This document shows, piece by piece, positions 24,771-37,503 of a stretch of 64,000 nucleotides of DNA. The notes beneath the pieces are model-generated. The model ran no database searches, was not told the origin of the DNA, and saw only the letters and a program-made list of their open reading frames with translations. Source of the stretch: Octopus sinensis. Lineage: Eukaryota. Made by a program: the position numbers and the translations under genes. The stretch is taken from positions 22,134,001-22,198,000 of the forward strand of contig NC_043003.1 of the NCBI RefSeq assembly GCF_006345805.1. The letters are read 5' to 3'. Positions within the stretch are counted from its first letter, which is position 1. Every line of letters starts with the position of its first letter.

Positions 24771-25295
24771 ATGCAATGTGATTGTATGTCTCTTAGAGCA
24801 AGTGATGTTGTGATGGTGAGCCAGTGTGCAGGTAGTCAGAAGAAAGGAGTTTCTTTGCCATGGGGTTAGATAGGCTAGTTGATATTTGGAGCATATTTAC
24901 CATAAATAAGTAGATGTTACAGTAACTACTCTGTGTGTGTGTGTGTGTGTGAGTGTGGGAGCAAAGAGATGTGGCTAAATGGTTAGGGTAGTCAGTTCAT
25001 GATTGTAAGATTTTGAGTTTGATTTCTGGCACTACATTGTATCCTTGAGCAAGACACTTTATTTCCTATTGCTCCAGTTCACTCAGCTGGCAAAAATTGG
25101 GTTGTATTTGTAATTCAAAGGGCCAGCCTTGTCACATTCTGTGCCACGTTGCATCTCCCTAAAAACTACGTTAAGGGTATGCTTGTCTGTGGCATGCTCA
25201 GCTACATGTGCATTAATTTCACAAGCAAGCTTTTCTGTTGATTAAATCAATTAGATCCCTCATTGTTGTAACTGATGGAATGCCAGTGAGTTTGT

Positions 25296-25455
25296 GTGTA
25301 TGTGTGTGTGTGCATGATGTGTGTGTGTGCATGATGTGTGTGTGTGCATGATGTGTGTGTGTGCATGATGTGTGTGTGTGCATGATGTGTGTGTGTGCAT
25401 GATGTGTGTGTGTGTGTGCATGATGTGTGTGTGTGCATGATGTGTGTGTGTATGC
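25296..25455. repeat. Minisatellite (gcatgat(gt)n), units of ~17-21 bp
   Basis: Directly visible. Confidence 0.9.
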
Positions 25456-26426
25456 ACATGTGTGTTTTGGTGTAGTTTGTTGAGGATGTAACAGATTTTT
25501 CAGTGTAATTCTAATTTTCTCCTCTGATGCTATCTGTGTTGTTTGTGCACCAGGATGTGTTGTATTACATTAAATTATCCCCCAGTGATAGTATTCAAGA
25601 GAGTGTTAAAGTGCTAGTGATGCTGCTAGTATTATGTACATACATTTATTAACAACAAGAAATGTTAATGAGTTTCTTATTTTGAGAGATGACTGGTGAT
25701 GGTAATGTTTTTTGTTATTGTTGGTGATGGTAGGAGGCTGTTTGTATTCTCAAAGTTATTAACAGTGATTGTGCTGTGGGCTGTTGACTATAGGTGAACT
25801 GTTAGCAGTAAAGGTGGAGTGGAGGTGATGGTGGTAGCAATGGTGGTGGTGGCAGCAGCAGTGATGGCAATGATGGTGGTGGTGGTAGTGGTGGTAATAA
25901 TAGTCGGCATGCAACTTCATAGCTAGTGTTACTGTGTAAGTATGAATGTTGTTGCTGTTGATGTTTAGTCCCAGATCAGATGAGCTTCCACTGAGCAGCC
26001 ATATGTACAAAGACTTTCCAGTCTCGACTACCCTGTCGTTTATTCAAGTAGCATAAACTATCCAGTCCATCATTTTCTTAAAGATGGCTGAATGTGATTT
26101 GCGATAGATTTGGGGGTTCTATTTCTAGCAAACTGAACAACCAGGTTGACATGCCTTTTGTTTATGCTTATGTGTTTCACTGCTGATTAATGGTGATATT
26201 GTTGTAGTTGTGATCTTAATGTGCACACACACACACACATACACAAACACACATGTAAGTATGTGGCTGTGTGGTAAGAAGCTCACTTCCCAACCACATG
26301 GTTCCAGGTTCAGTCCTACTGCATGGCACCTTGAACAAGTGTCTTCTACTATAGCCTCAGGCCAACCAAAGCCTTGTGAGTGGATTTAGTAGACAGAGAC
26401 TGAAAGAAGCCTGTTGTATGTATGTT

Positions 26427-26502
<76 letters not shown>

Positions 26503-26994
26503 GGAATTTACAAAAAAAACAAGAGACGAAGACGTTATTTTTATTTTCCTAAAAGTTTCATTGCATCTTGCAAACTTTTCAATAATCTTGACTCTCATTG
26601 AAAAGGTTGCAAGACACAACGAAAATTTTAGGAAAATAAAAATAAGGAATAAGTGGAAATTTTACCAGTCTGTGTTAAATTATAAGGCACAAAAAGAAAA
26701 TGACTCTCCCCAGACACAACAGAATATGCTTCAACACACGAACTCACATAAAGAATCTGGCAAACCAAATCCCAAAACGAAATATTTGCAATACATATTT
26801 TGAATCCGCTCTTCGATTTAAGGATTTTCCTCGATTTTTATAATAGGATGAATTTATATTGAATTCATTTATTTTGTTTATTTTGTTCATTGCATGCTTA
26901 AGACCATTATTTGAAAGGACCAATGAAACAAATCCATTTTTAAAGGTGTATCCTTTAACCAGTTTTGATCATATCTTTATTTCTGTTCTGTTTT

Positions 26995-27047
26995 AACAAA
27001 ACTGTCTGACGAATGGGAACGTGAAACTCTGAGTAACAGTTTTTGTT
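26995..27047 (+). ncRNA. Minimal type I hammerhead ribozyme motif in a Penelope-like repeat
   Basis: aacaaaactgt CTGACGA atg-ggaa-cgt GAAA ctc-t-gag TA acagtttttgtt: conserved core, stems I-III and a GUA cleavage triplet. Confidence 0.65.
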
Positions 27048-27180
27048 ATATTTCTGCTGCTTTTAAATAAAGCATAACTCTCTACCCTGGTATTTGAGTA
27101 CTCTTTTTTTTCACCTTGTTTCACATTTATGTGCTTACTCCAGTATATATAAATATATATTATATATATTATATATATAT

Positions 27181-27227
<47 letters not shown>

Positions 27228-27804
27228 ATATATACATATATATATATATACATATATATTATATGTATATATATATATATATATGTATATATATGTATAC
27301 ATATACATATATATACATGTATGTTTGTATATGTGTGGGTGACAGTGTGCATGCACATCGCGAAAATATGAATGTGTACATGTGTGCATGCTTATGCAAG
27401 TCTGTGTGTGAATGTTACAGTTGATGGTGGCGATGATGCTGGTGATGATGGTGGTGCTAGGATTATAATAACAGTGCGTGTTTGCATGTTTCAATCCTGA
27501 TTGGATGATTGGTGAGGCTGCTAGTGTTATTTATGCATATATACGTGTATGTATATATATATTTAGATATATATATATATATATATTATAATATATATAT
27601 ATAATTATATATATATATATCGTATATAATCATATATGTATGTATCTGTATGTATGTATGTATATATACATATATATATGTATAGTAATATATATATATA
27701 CTACATACTACATACATACATATATATAGATATATATATATCTATTATATATATAATATATGGATAGATGGATAGATAGATAGATATTAATGGCGTGTGC
27801 TGCA

Positions 27805-27835
<31 letters not shown>

Positions 27836-28211
27836 ATCTGTTAGTCTATTAGTGGCAATGATGGTGGAGATGGAAGGTAAAAGTGGAGGGAGCAGAAAAA
27901 GAAAAATAAGTAAACATCTGCCTCCAGTATTCTAAAGTAAACATCAGAGGTGTACTTTGCGTTGGGGAGTGGTGATGGGGGACGGTGGTGGTGGCGGTGG
28001 TGGTGGTGGTGGTGGGGGGGGGCTAATGGTAGAATAGGTTTGCACTGAAATGGGAACGTTCAATGCTGGTGGTGGTGGTGGTGCTGCTGGCAGTGATATT
28101 GTTGTAGTTGTTGTTGGTGGTGGCTGAGGAAATGAGAGGGTATCATAATAGGGATGCAGTAAAAGGAGACACAGGATCAAGAGTGAGCGAACATATCTCT
28201 GTTCATGAAAA

Positions 28212-28233
28212 TCTATCTATCTATCTATCTATC

Positions 28234-28292
<59 letters not shown>

Positions 28293-28560
28293 GTGTGTCT
28301 GTCTGTCTATCTATCTATCCATCTCTCTCTCTATCTATCTATCTATCTATCTGTCTGTCTGTCTATCTGCCTGCCTGCTAGCCTACCTGTCTGTCTGCCT
28401 GTCTGTCTGTCTATCTGCCTGCCTGCTAGCCTGCCTGTCTGTCTGTCTGCCTGCCTGTCTGCCTGTCTGTCTGTCTGTCTATCTGCCTGCCTGCTAGCCT
28501 GTCTGCCTGCCTGCCTGTCTGTCTGTCTGGCTGTCTGTCTATCTATCTATCTGTATATCT
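28212..28560. repeat. (CTAT)n/(CTGT)n/(CTGC)n compound microsatellite
   Basis: Directly visible. Confidence 0.95.
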
Positions 28561-28595
28561 ATACATATGCATATAAATATATATACATATATACG

Positions 28596-28632
<37 letters not shown>

Positions 28633-29202
28633 GTATGTATACACACACACACACTTGCATATATATAATATAATGTATGCATGTATGCATGTATACATAC
28701 AGACAAACACACACATGTAGGAAAAGTGTATATGCTTAAGTTGACATTTTTTAGCATATGTGTGCATGAATAGATGTGAATATATATGCACATATGCAAA
28801 TATCTGTGACTGCATGCATCTAAGTGTGCACACATGCACTTATGTATGTTGAATCAGGAGGAAATAGAGAAACATACTTCAGCTCATATGTGTGTGTGTG
28901 TGGTGTGGTGTGTGTGTGTGTGTGTAAGAAATAGAAAATCCTTGGTGTTGAAAAAAAAATGAATAGAAATTACTTTTCTGATAATTTTTCCACTTTAATA
29001 ATTAGATGTTTATAAATTATTAGGTGTTTAATTTATAAACATCTAATTATTAAGTGGGAAAATTATCAGAAAAGCCATTTTTATTCATTTTTTTTTTCAA
29101 ATATTCAAATATACCGTACACACATATATCATCATCATCATCATCATCATCATCGTTTAACATCTGCCTGATGATGATGATGATTATGATGATGACATGT
29201 GT

Positions 29203-29235
<33 letters not shown>

Positions 29236-29894
29236 CATATCATCATCATCATCATCATCGTTTAACGTTCGTTTTCCGTGCTAGTACGGGTTAGTTAATC
29301 TAAACATGAACAAGCCAGAAAACCAACAACGTGAGGACGTGGAATAAGTACAGTGTTATTGGATGCTTAGGAAAGGAAAGAAAAGAAAGAGGATTTCACA
29401 TTTTGAGCGGCGCTCTTCTTCAGAAATATAGAAAAAGTTCAAAGAAGGGAAGACGGAGAAAGAAAATCACCAACGATACACACGCGGTCACATTTCAGCT
29501 CAAAGCTGTGGCCATCATCATCATCATTTAACATGCACTTTCCATGCTGGCATTGGTTGAATGGTTTGAGAGGAGCTGACCATCTGAAGGGCTGTTCAGG
29601 CTCCCTGTCTGTTTTTGGCATAGCTTATACAGCTGGATGCCCTTCCTAATACCAGCCACTTTACAGAGTGTACTGGCTGCTTTTATGCAGCACTGGCACA
29701 AGTCCTTTTTACGTGGCACCAGCACTTATGAGCCCATGAGATTGGGGATGCTCAGCTGGAAAGGATTGCAGGGAATGAGCCTGTGTGCAAGGCCAACTAT
29801 AGTTTTACTTAGTTTGACATGTATTTTCAAGCACAGCAGACTGCCAGAAGTCTCGCTCCTCTGCCATCCCCTCTGTGAGTACCCCACCCCCAAA

Positions 29895-31190
29895 ACACAT
29901 ATAAATCATCCTCTGAATTTTGGCCGTTGCAATGTGCACACACTTCTAAATGATAATTTCAACAAGAGGCCAGAGAGGCATACTGCACTTATTGCATGTG
30001 AGCTTTAAAGATATACCCTTGATATAGTTGTGCTCTCTGAAACTCGTCTCTCTTGTGAGGGTCAAATAAATGGACCTACTTATGAATATATTATCTTCTG
30101 GAGAGGCCTACCTGAGGGTCAGCATAGAGAATCAGGTGTTGGGTTTGCTCTCAAGAATTCATTAGTATCTTCCATTGCAAAATTTCCAAGTGGTATATCT
30201 GAACAAACCATGTTATGCCGTATAAAACCGACAAAATGTAGGTTTCTTACTGTTGTCAGTATTTATGCACCAACAATGTCTCATTCTTATGAAACTAGGA
30301 AGTTTTATGATGATCAAGCACGATTATTAAGGTAAGTACCAATTTCTGACAAGCTGGTCATATTGAGAGATTTCAATGCAAGAGTTGGAAATGACTACAT
30401 TTCATGGCCTGTTTTAGGTCGACATGGGATTGGAAAACGTAATAAAAATGGAGTAGCTCTTTTGATGCTTTGTACTGAGAATTATCTGGTTGTTATCAGA
30501 ATTATCTGGTTGTTATCAACACTCTGTTTAAGCAGAAAAATAAATATAAAACCACCTGAATGCACTCAAGATCTAAGGACTGGCATCTCATAGATTATAT
30601 TTTGATCAGAAAGTGTGATATGAAAGATGTTTCTCGTGTTCAGGCCATGAGAGGAGCAGAGAGCTGGACTGACCATCATCTAGTGTGTAGAAAAATGAAT
30701 CTTTTGATAATGCCTAAAAGTTGACAGTCTGGTCCTAAGGTACCCCAAAAATTAAATGTTGCAAACTTCAAATTATCAAGCAACTTGCAGATTCCACTTA
30801 TAGAAAGTATCGATCTTTAGAAAGTATGCAATCAGTGTAAATCTACAAAGAGGTTTAAGGATGGCATAAAGATTACCATGAGGTTACTTGGAATGGCGCC
30901 AAAGGCCATAGAAACCCTTGCTTTGGATTGAGCTGGATGGCGAACAAAAGTGTGGAGTGGAGTGAAAGCTTTTGAGAAGGCCAGGATGAGACATGCGAAA
31001 CAAAAGAGAGATTTAAAGAAGAATGTTGTGATTGAAAAGGTGAATCTCAGTGACCATTTTGTGTGGACATTTTGTAACAGACCATGCCTTTCTTTTGCTG
31101 GCCGCAAATCTCATTTGTGGACCCATGAAAAATGAACCTCCACCAATTACTCTCCCTATGTATCTGTGCACATCTTTGATTGCCATCTAT
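29895..31190 (+). mobile_element. Internally deleted RTE LINE: APE endonuclease joined to the ORF2 C-terminus
   Basis: LSETRL...GVGFALK...VSIYAPT...DFNARVG...HLIDYIL...TDHHLV, followed directly by RFKDGIK...WRTKVWSGVKAFEKAR...CNRPCLSFAGRKSH. No RT domain in between. Confidence 0.88.
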
Positions 31191-31407
31191 GCCATAAGGT
31201 CTGCAATCTAACAGAAATATTTTAAGATCCTCAAAGATCAGAACTTAACTGCAGCTCTTGGTGATCCAAATCAGATATGCAATCTCTAGGAGTGTCATTT
31301 CAATTCATTATCAGGTTTAAAAAGCCACATCAGACGCCATGATGGATCTAAGGTGTATGTACAGGAGGTGGTCAGACAGTGCATAAGGAGTAGACAACCA
31401 CCATATA

Positions 31408-32302
31408 TATGAGGTCAGGTCAGTAAGTATCCGGGCTGTTGCCATGAATGAAGCTAAAGCATGCAGAGTAAAGCTACTTGGCAAAGACTGACCTTGAACT
31501 CTGCTGTGATGTGCACTAAGTTTTAACATTCTAGCTCACTTCTGCTGTTTACAGCTATGCTTGGAAGGAAGGTGTGTAGCATGTGATTATTGCATTGACC
31601 ATCACAGAGAAAGTTGTCATAGCGATACCTGTTCAGAGGCCTACACAAAGTTGCAGAAAGTGTATGGAGAGGTGTGTGTGAGTCACACACAAGTGTATGA
31701 GTGGTTCAAGCATTTCCAAGATGGCTGAAAAAATGTTGACATTGACGAACGTTCTTGGAGACCTGCAACCAGCAGAACTGAGAAAAACATCGCAGTTGTG
31801 CATGCAGCTGTGAGGGGAAATTCTCGAATCACCATCTGTGAGTTATCAGAAGATGTGCAGATTAGTTACGGTTCAGTTCAGTCCATTATCACTGAAGACT
31901 TGAGTATGAGATGCGTGTCTGCCAAGTTTGTGCCAAAACTGCTTTCAGCTGACCAAAAGAACACTTGTGTTTCAGTTGCACAAGATCTTCTTGATTGTGT
32001 TGAGAACAACAAAAGCTTTTTGAAAACTTTGCATAGGCCTCTGAACAGTTATTGTCAAGCTTTTGGCAAAATTTGATGCAGATTCTCTGCTCAGCTTTCT
32101 CTGTCATGGTCAATGTGATGATCACATGCTACATACCTTCCTTCCAAGCACTGCTGTAAACAGCAGAAGTGAGCTAAAACATTAAAACTTTGTGTGCATG
32201 TGCAACAGAGTTCAAGGTCAATCTGTCCAAGTAGCTTCACTCTCTATGCTTTAGCTTCATTACTGTAGCAATAGTCCAGATACATATTGACCAGACCATG
32301 TA
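31408..32302. mobile_element. Fold-back mariner derivative (two inverted 5' ends around a transposase N-terminus)
   Basis: Arms of ~210 bp are inverted copies. Internal sequence reads VYEWFKHFQDG...ITICELSEDVQISYGSVQSIITEDLSMRCVSAKFVPKLL. The right arm carries the transposase start MTEKAEQRICIKFCQKL on the - strand. Confidence 0.85.
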
Positions 32303-32481
32303 TATATATATATATGACGGGTATGAGAGGTATTGGTGTCAAGAAGACCCAAAAGTGTCAAGTAATGCTGAGTAAGTGCTATGGACATACTATAGTTAAG
32401 CTCCAGGTTCGATAATGATATGAATGAGGAGTCCTACGTAGATCGTGTATTAGCATGTATATATATATATAAATATGAATT

Positions 32482-32733
32482 AACAGAATGAGATAAAAAA
32501 AATCCAAGGCTGTGAAGAGTTTTCAGAACATTTATAAAGAGAAGGTCTTACAGCTGTTTCTGGGATATTTCATATGTCCCGTCATCAGAGACAGTGCAAG
32601 AAAATGTTTAAGTTCTTACACCAACTCTGATGAAGGGATATATAAAATATCCCAGAAACAGCTGTAAGACATTCTCTTTATAAATGTTCTGAAAACTATT
32701 TACAGCCTTGGATTTTTTTTATCTCATTCTGTT
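32482..32733. mobile_element. Palindromic Penelope-like fragment with a hammerhead-like motif in each arm
   Basis: Inverted arms of ~100 bp. CTGATGA...GAAAcagctgta-agac on - (32545-32592) and on + (32627-32670). Confidence 0.65.
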
Positions 32734-32734
32734 C

Positions 32735-32769
<35 letters not shown>

Positions 32770-33439
32770 GGGGATGTACATGCATTCGCATTTTACCATG
32801 CCACCAGTACAGGTGCAAGTCAGGTGACACTGACATCGGCCATGCTTGAATGGTGCTTTTTACGTGCCACTGGCACAGGTGCCAGTCAGGTGGCACAAGC
32901 ATTGACCACACTCAAATGGTGCTTTTTATGAGCCACTGGCATGGATACCAGTCAGAACTTGTAAACGAATTTGGTAAGACAGAAACTATAATTCAAATAC
33001 CCCATCAATGTCACATATTGATAGTGGTGGAGGTGATGCTGATGGTGGTGGTAGTGGAGCTGGTAGTGATGGCAGTGATGGTGATGGAATTCATCATCTT
33101 GTCCTTCCTATTTTCAAGACAGCAAAGTGTAATTTGAGAGAGGTGGTTGCTATTTCTGGCATGTCAGTTGACTGGGTAGAGGCTTTTTGATTTTGTTGTT
33201 TAGTGTCATGTTAGTCACAATCAAGCAGATCTGTGATCAAGGATGTTCTAGTCATGCCCATCCCATCCCATCTTTTCCCATCCCATCTTATCCCATCCCA
33301 CCCCAGTCTTTTCCCTATGTGAACAGAATTCAGAAACACATTGTTCAGCATGTTCTTTACTATGATGGCAGTGCTGAAGTGATTTGAGGGAGATTTGGTT
33401 GCTATTTCTAGCATGTCAAGCGACCACATATAAGATTGT

Positions 33440-35080
33440 CATTGGTATTGGTGATAATGATGGTAGTAGTGTTGGTGGTAGTGGCAGTGACAGAGGTGGA
33501 TGGTGATGGAAGCAGTGCTGTTGTTCTGGTGGTGGTGGTGATGGTGATGGTGATGGTGATGTTGGTGGTGGCGATGGTGGTGGCGATGGTGATGGTGGTG
33601 GTGTTAGTGGTGGTGGTGGTGGTGGTGGTGGGGATGGTGGTGGTGGCGATGGTTGTGGTGGTGATGGTGGTGGTGATGGTGGTGGTGATGGTGGTGGTGG
33701 TGATGGTGGTGGTGGTGGTGGTGATGGTGTTGATGATAGTGAGGGTGTTGGTGATCATGATGGTGGTGGTGATAGTGAAAGTGGTGTTGATGGTGTGGTG
33801 TGGTGGTGGTGATGGTGGTGGTGGTGTGATTGGTGGTGTGGTGTGATTGGTGGTGGTGGTGTGATTGGTGGTGGTGGTGTGATTGGTGGTGGTGGTGTGA
33901 TTGGTGGTGCTGGTGCTGATGGTGGTGGTGGTAGCAGTAGTGGTTGTGGTGGTAGTGGTGTTGTTGTTATTGTTGGTGGTTGTGGTAGTACTGATGATGG
34001 TGACAGCAGTGTTGGTGGTAGTGGCAGTAGTGGTAACGGTAAAAGTAACGGCGTTGGTGTTGGTGGTGATGTTGGTGGCGTGGGCGATAGTGGCAATGGT
34101 GGTAATACGGAGGGGGAGGGTTCTTGGGATTAATGTTTGTTTTCACAACAGTATGACGCAATAGAAACTTAATGTGATCTGTTAGTATAAGCCCGATGGG
34201 ATGTAGGTGGCTGTGGCGATGATGCTGTTGATAGTGCAGATGATGGCAATGATGGCGTTGGTAGTAGGAGTAACAATGAAGCTGGTGATGGTGATGAAGA
34301 TGGCAGGCAGTGATGTTGTTGATGGAGGGGACGATGGTATTGTCAGCGATGGCTGATAGTGAAGATGGTGATGATGTTGATGGTGGTGATGATGATGATG
34401 ATGATGATAGAAACGATAATGGTGGTAGAGGTGATGGTGGTGGTGGTGGTGGAGGTGATGCTGATGGTGGAGGAAGTGGTGATGGTGGTGATGTTGATGG
34501 TGGAGATGATGATGATAGAGACGATGATGGTGTTGGAGGTGATGCTGCTGGTGGTGGTGGTGGTGATGCTGGTGGTAGTGGAGGTGATGCTGATAGTGGA
34601 GTAATGGTGGTGGTGGTGGTGGTGGTGGTGGTGGTGATGGTGGTAGTGAAGCTGGTAGTGATGTTGGTGGTGGTGGTGATGATAATAGCAGTGATGGTGC
34701 CGGTAGAAGTGGTGTTGATAGTGGAAACAATAATGATGGTGGTGGTCATGGTGGTCGTGGTTGTGGTGGTGGTTGTGGTGGTGGTAGTGACGTTTGTGAT
34801 ACTGGGAATGATGAAGATGATGGTGATGATGATAATGATGATGGTCCTGATAATGATGAGAGTGAGGATGATGGAGGCGATAGTGCTTGTACAAGTGATG
34901 GTGATGGAGATGATGTAGGCGATGGTAGTGATGGTGTCGATGACAATGATGATGATGATGATGGCGGGAATAGTGTTGTTAGAGAAGCCAGTTATGGTTG
35001 AGGTGGTGTTGGAGATAATGGTGGCTGTGGTACTGTGGCGACAGTGGTGGAGTCAATGGTGGTGATGATGGGGTCTAGGA
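33440..35080. repeat. Long degenerate (GGT/GAT)n low-complexity tract
   Basis: Directly visible; gives poly-V/G/T/H ORFs in all frames. Confidence 0.95.
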
Positions 35081-35254
35081 GTGTTTTTAGTGCATGTGTG
35101 TGGGTGGAGGTAATGCCAATAACATGAAAATATAAATACAAATATATATGAAAAAAAATTGTAAAAATAACAAACAAAGCTGGTGGTGTTGGAAAGTGAT
35201 ACAGAAGTTTGATCTCTGTCTACTAGGTGTCGGTGTGATCACTGTTGTAACATG

Positions 35255-35356
<102 letters not shown>

Positions 35357-36046
35357 TGTGTTCAGAAAGAAATATCACAGTTGATGGAGGAAACAGATGT
35401 CACAGAAGTAATAGTTTTGCATCCTTCTGATGATCATCAACTGAACTGTTGTAGAATTTGAAGGAAAAGTGTGTGTTTATGTGTGTATATGTGTGTGTAT
35501 GTATGTCTGTCTGTATGTTTGTGTGTGTGTGTGTGTGTGTGTGAGTGAGAGAGAGAGAGATGAGATATCTAGTGTTCACAGTATCTTATTTTATTTATGA
35601 TGCGTATGACTCTCCTCTATGTGTTGTACACAGTGTGAGGTAGAGTCGTTAGAGTATTGGACAGACTGTTCCCCAGCATTTGTTCTGACCATCACCACTG
35701 ACTTTTTGTTTCCGCTCCCTTCTCCTATAAGACTACATCTTTCTTTCCTCAAGCCACCCAACTGATCCACAGTGCTTGGTGCCAGCCATCCTATGGGTTT
35801 ACATTTTACAATCTTATACTCTCTCTTTTACTCTTTTACTTGTTTCAATCATTTGACTGTGGCTATGCTGGAGCACCGCCTTTAGTCGAGCAAATCGCCC
35901 CAGGACTTATTCTTTGTAAGCTTAGTATTTATTCTATTGGTCTGTTTTGCTGAACTGCTAAGTTATGGGGACGTAAACACACCAGATTCGGTTGTTTAGC
36001 GATGTCTGGGGGACAAACACAGACACACAAACGTATACATACACAT

Positions 36047-36118
<72 letters not shown>

Positions 36119-36124
36119 ATATAT

Positions 36125-36350
36125 AAAGTTAATCCAAACATGAAAACACAAAGAGAAAACACAAAGAGAAAACACAACAACGCGAGGACGTGGAACAAAT
36201 ATAGTATTAGTGGACGCTCAGGAAGGATGGGAAGAAGGAGGGTTTAACGTTTCGAGCGGAGCTCTTCGTCAGAAACATAGGAAAAGGAAAGATCTAGAGA
36301 AGGGAAGACGGAGGTAAAAACAATCGCCAACGGTACACACACGGTCCTCA
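36125..36350 (-). mobile_element. Penelope-like fragment with a hammerhead motif, nested in SINE-A
   Basis: On -: gttt CTGACGA a gagc-tcc-gctc GAAA cgtt aaac (36242-36276). A diverged homolog lies at ~29300-29500. Confidence 0.65.
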
Positions 36351-37503
36351 ACGTTTGTGTTTGTCCCCCCAACATCGCTTGATAACCGATACTGGTGTGT
36401 TTACGTCCCTGTAACATATATATATATAATATATATACATATATGTATATATATATATATATAATATATATATTATATATAATATATATATATATATATA
36501 CATACATACATATTACATATATACACAGGATTCTTTCATTTTCCGTCTACCAAATCCACTCACAAGGCTTTGGTTGACCTGACGCTACAGTAGAAGACAC
36601 TTGCCCAAGGTGCCACACAGTGGGACTGAACCCAGAACCATGTGGTTCATAAGCAAGCTACTTACCACACAGCCACTCCTACGCATATGTTGAAAAGTTC
36701 TTGGCATTGAGCAAAAGAAAATACATGAGGATCAGTTAATTATGATTTTATCCAACATATCCCACACTTAAATCCACGCACTTATTGCAGTGGACCTTCA
36801 GTTGGGCCTCCAACCAGGCCTTTTGTGATACCCTTAAAGCCAGGAACTTTTCAGCAACCCCTTGTATGTATATTACAAATGGCCTGGTCAGGGTTTTTAC
36901 AAGTTTCAACATGGGAATTTTGCTGAGTGTACAGTTTTTCCATACTGCATGGGATAGCTTCAAGGTTGACCTGCCTGCCCCAAGTCATGCTCTGATTCTT
37001 TCATTGCAGTCTGCTACTGTTCAATTTACACAATTGTACATGTGTTTGTGCATGCGAACTGCACATGAACACACACACACATTCAGACACACTCTCACAC
37101 ACACGTATATATACGTACGTATGTATATACATACATACATACACACAGACATGCACATCCATACATACACACACATAAACACATACATGTACAAAATCTA
37201 TTTAAGTTTTACTATCTTTTATTTGCCTTCTGCTTCAAAGACAATTCTGCTTATGTTTTCTAAATACACCTAACTCCAAGAAAAACAAAGTCCTTTTTAC
37301 TTTAATATATATATATATATATATATATATCATCATCATCATCATCATCATCATTTAACGTCCGTTTTCCATGCTAGCATGGGTTGGACGGTTTGACTGG
37401 GGTCTGGAAGCCATGGAGGCTACACCAGGCTCTAGTCTGATTTGGCAGTGTTTCTTCAGCTGGATGCCCTTCCTAACACCAACCACTCCGTGATATATAT
37501 ATA

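Noticed and set aside
33408-34946. Poly-Thr/His/Val/Gly ORFs up to 260 aa resembling mucin or cell-wall proteins
   Set aside because: Degenerate (GGT)n repeat, open in most frames, with no unique domain or splice support.
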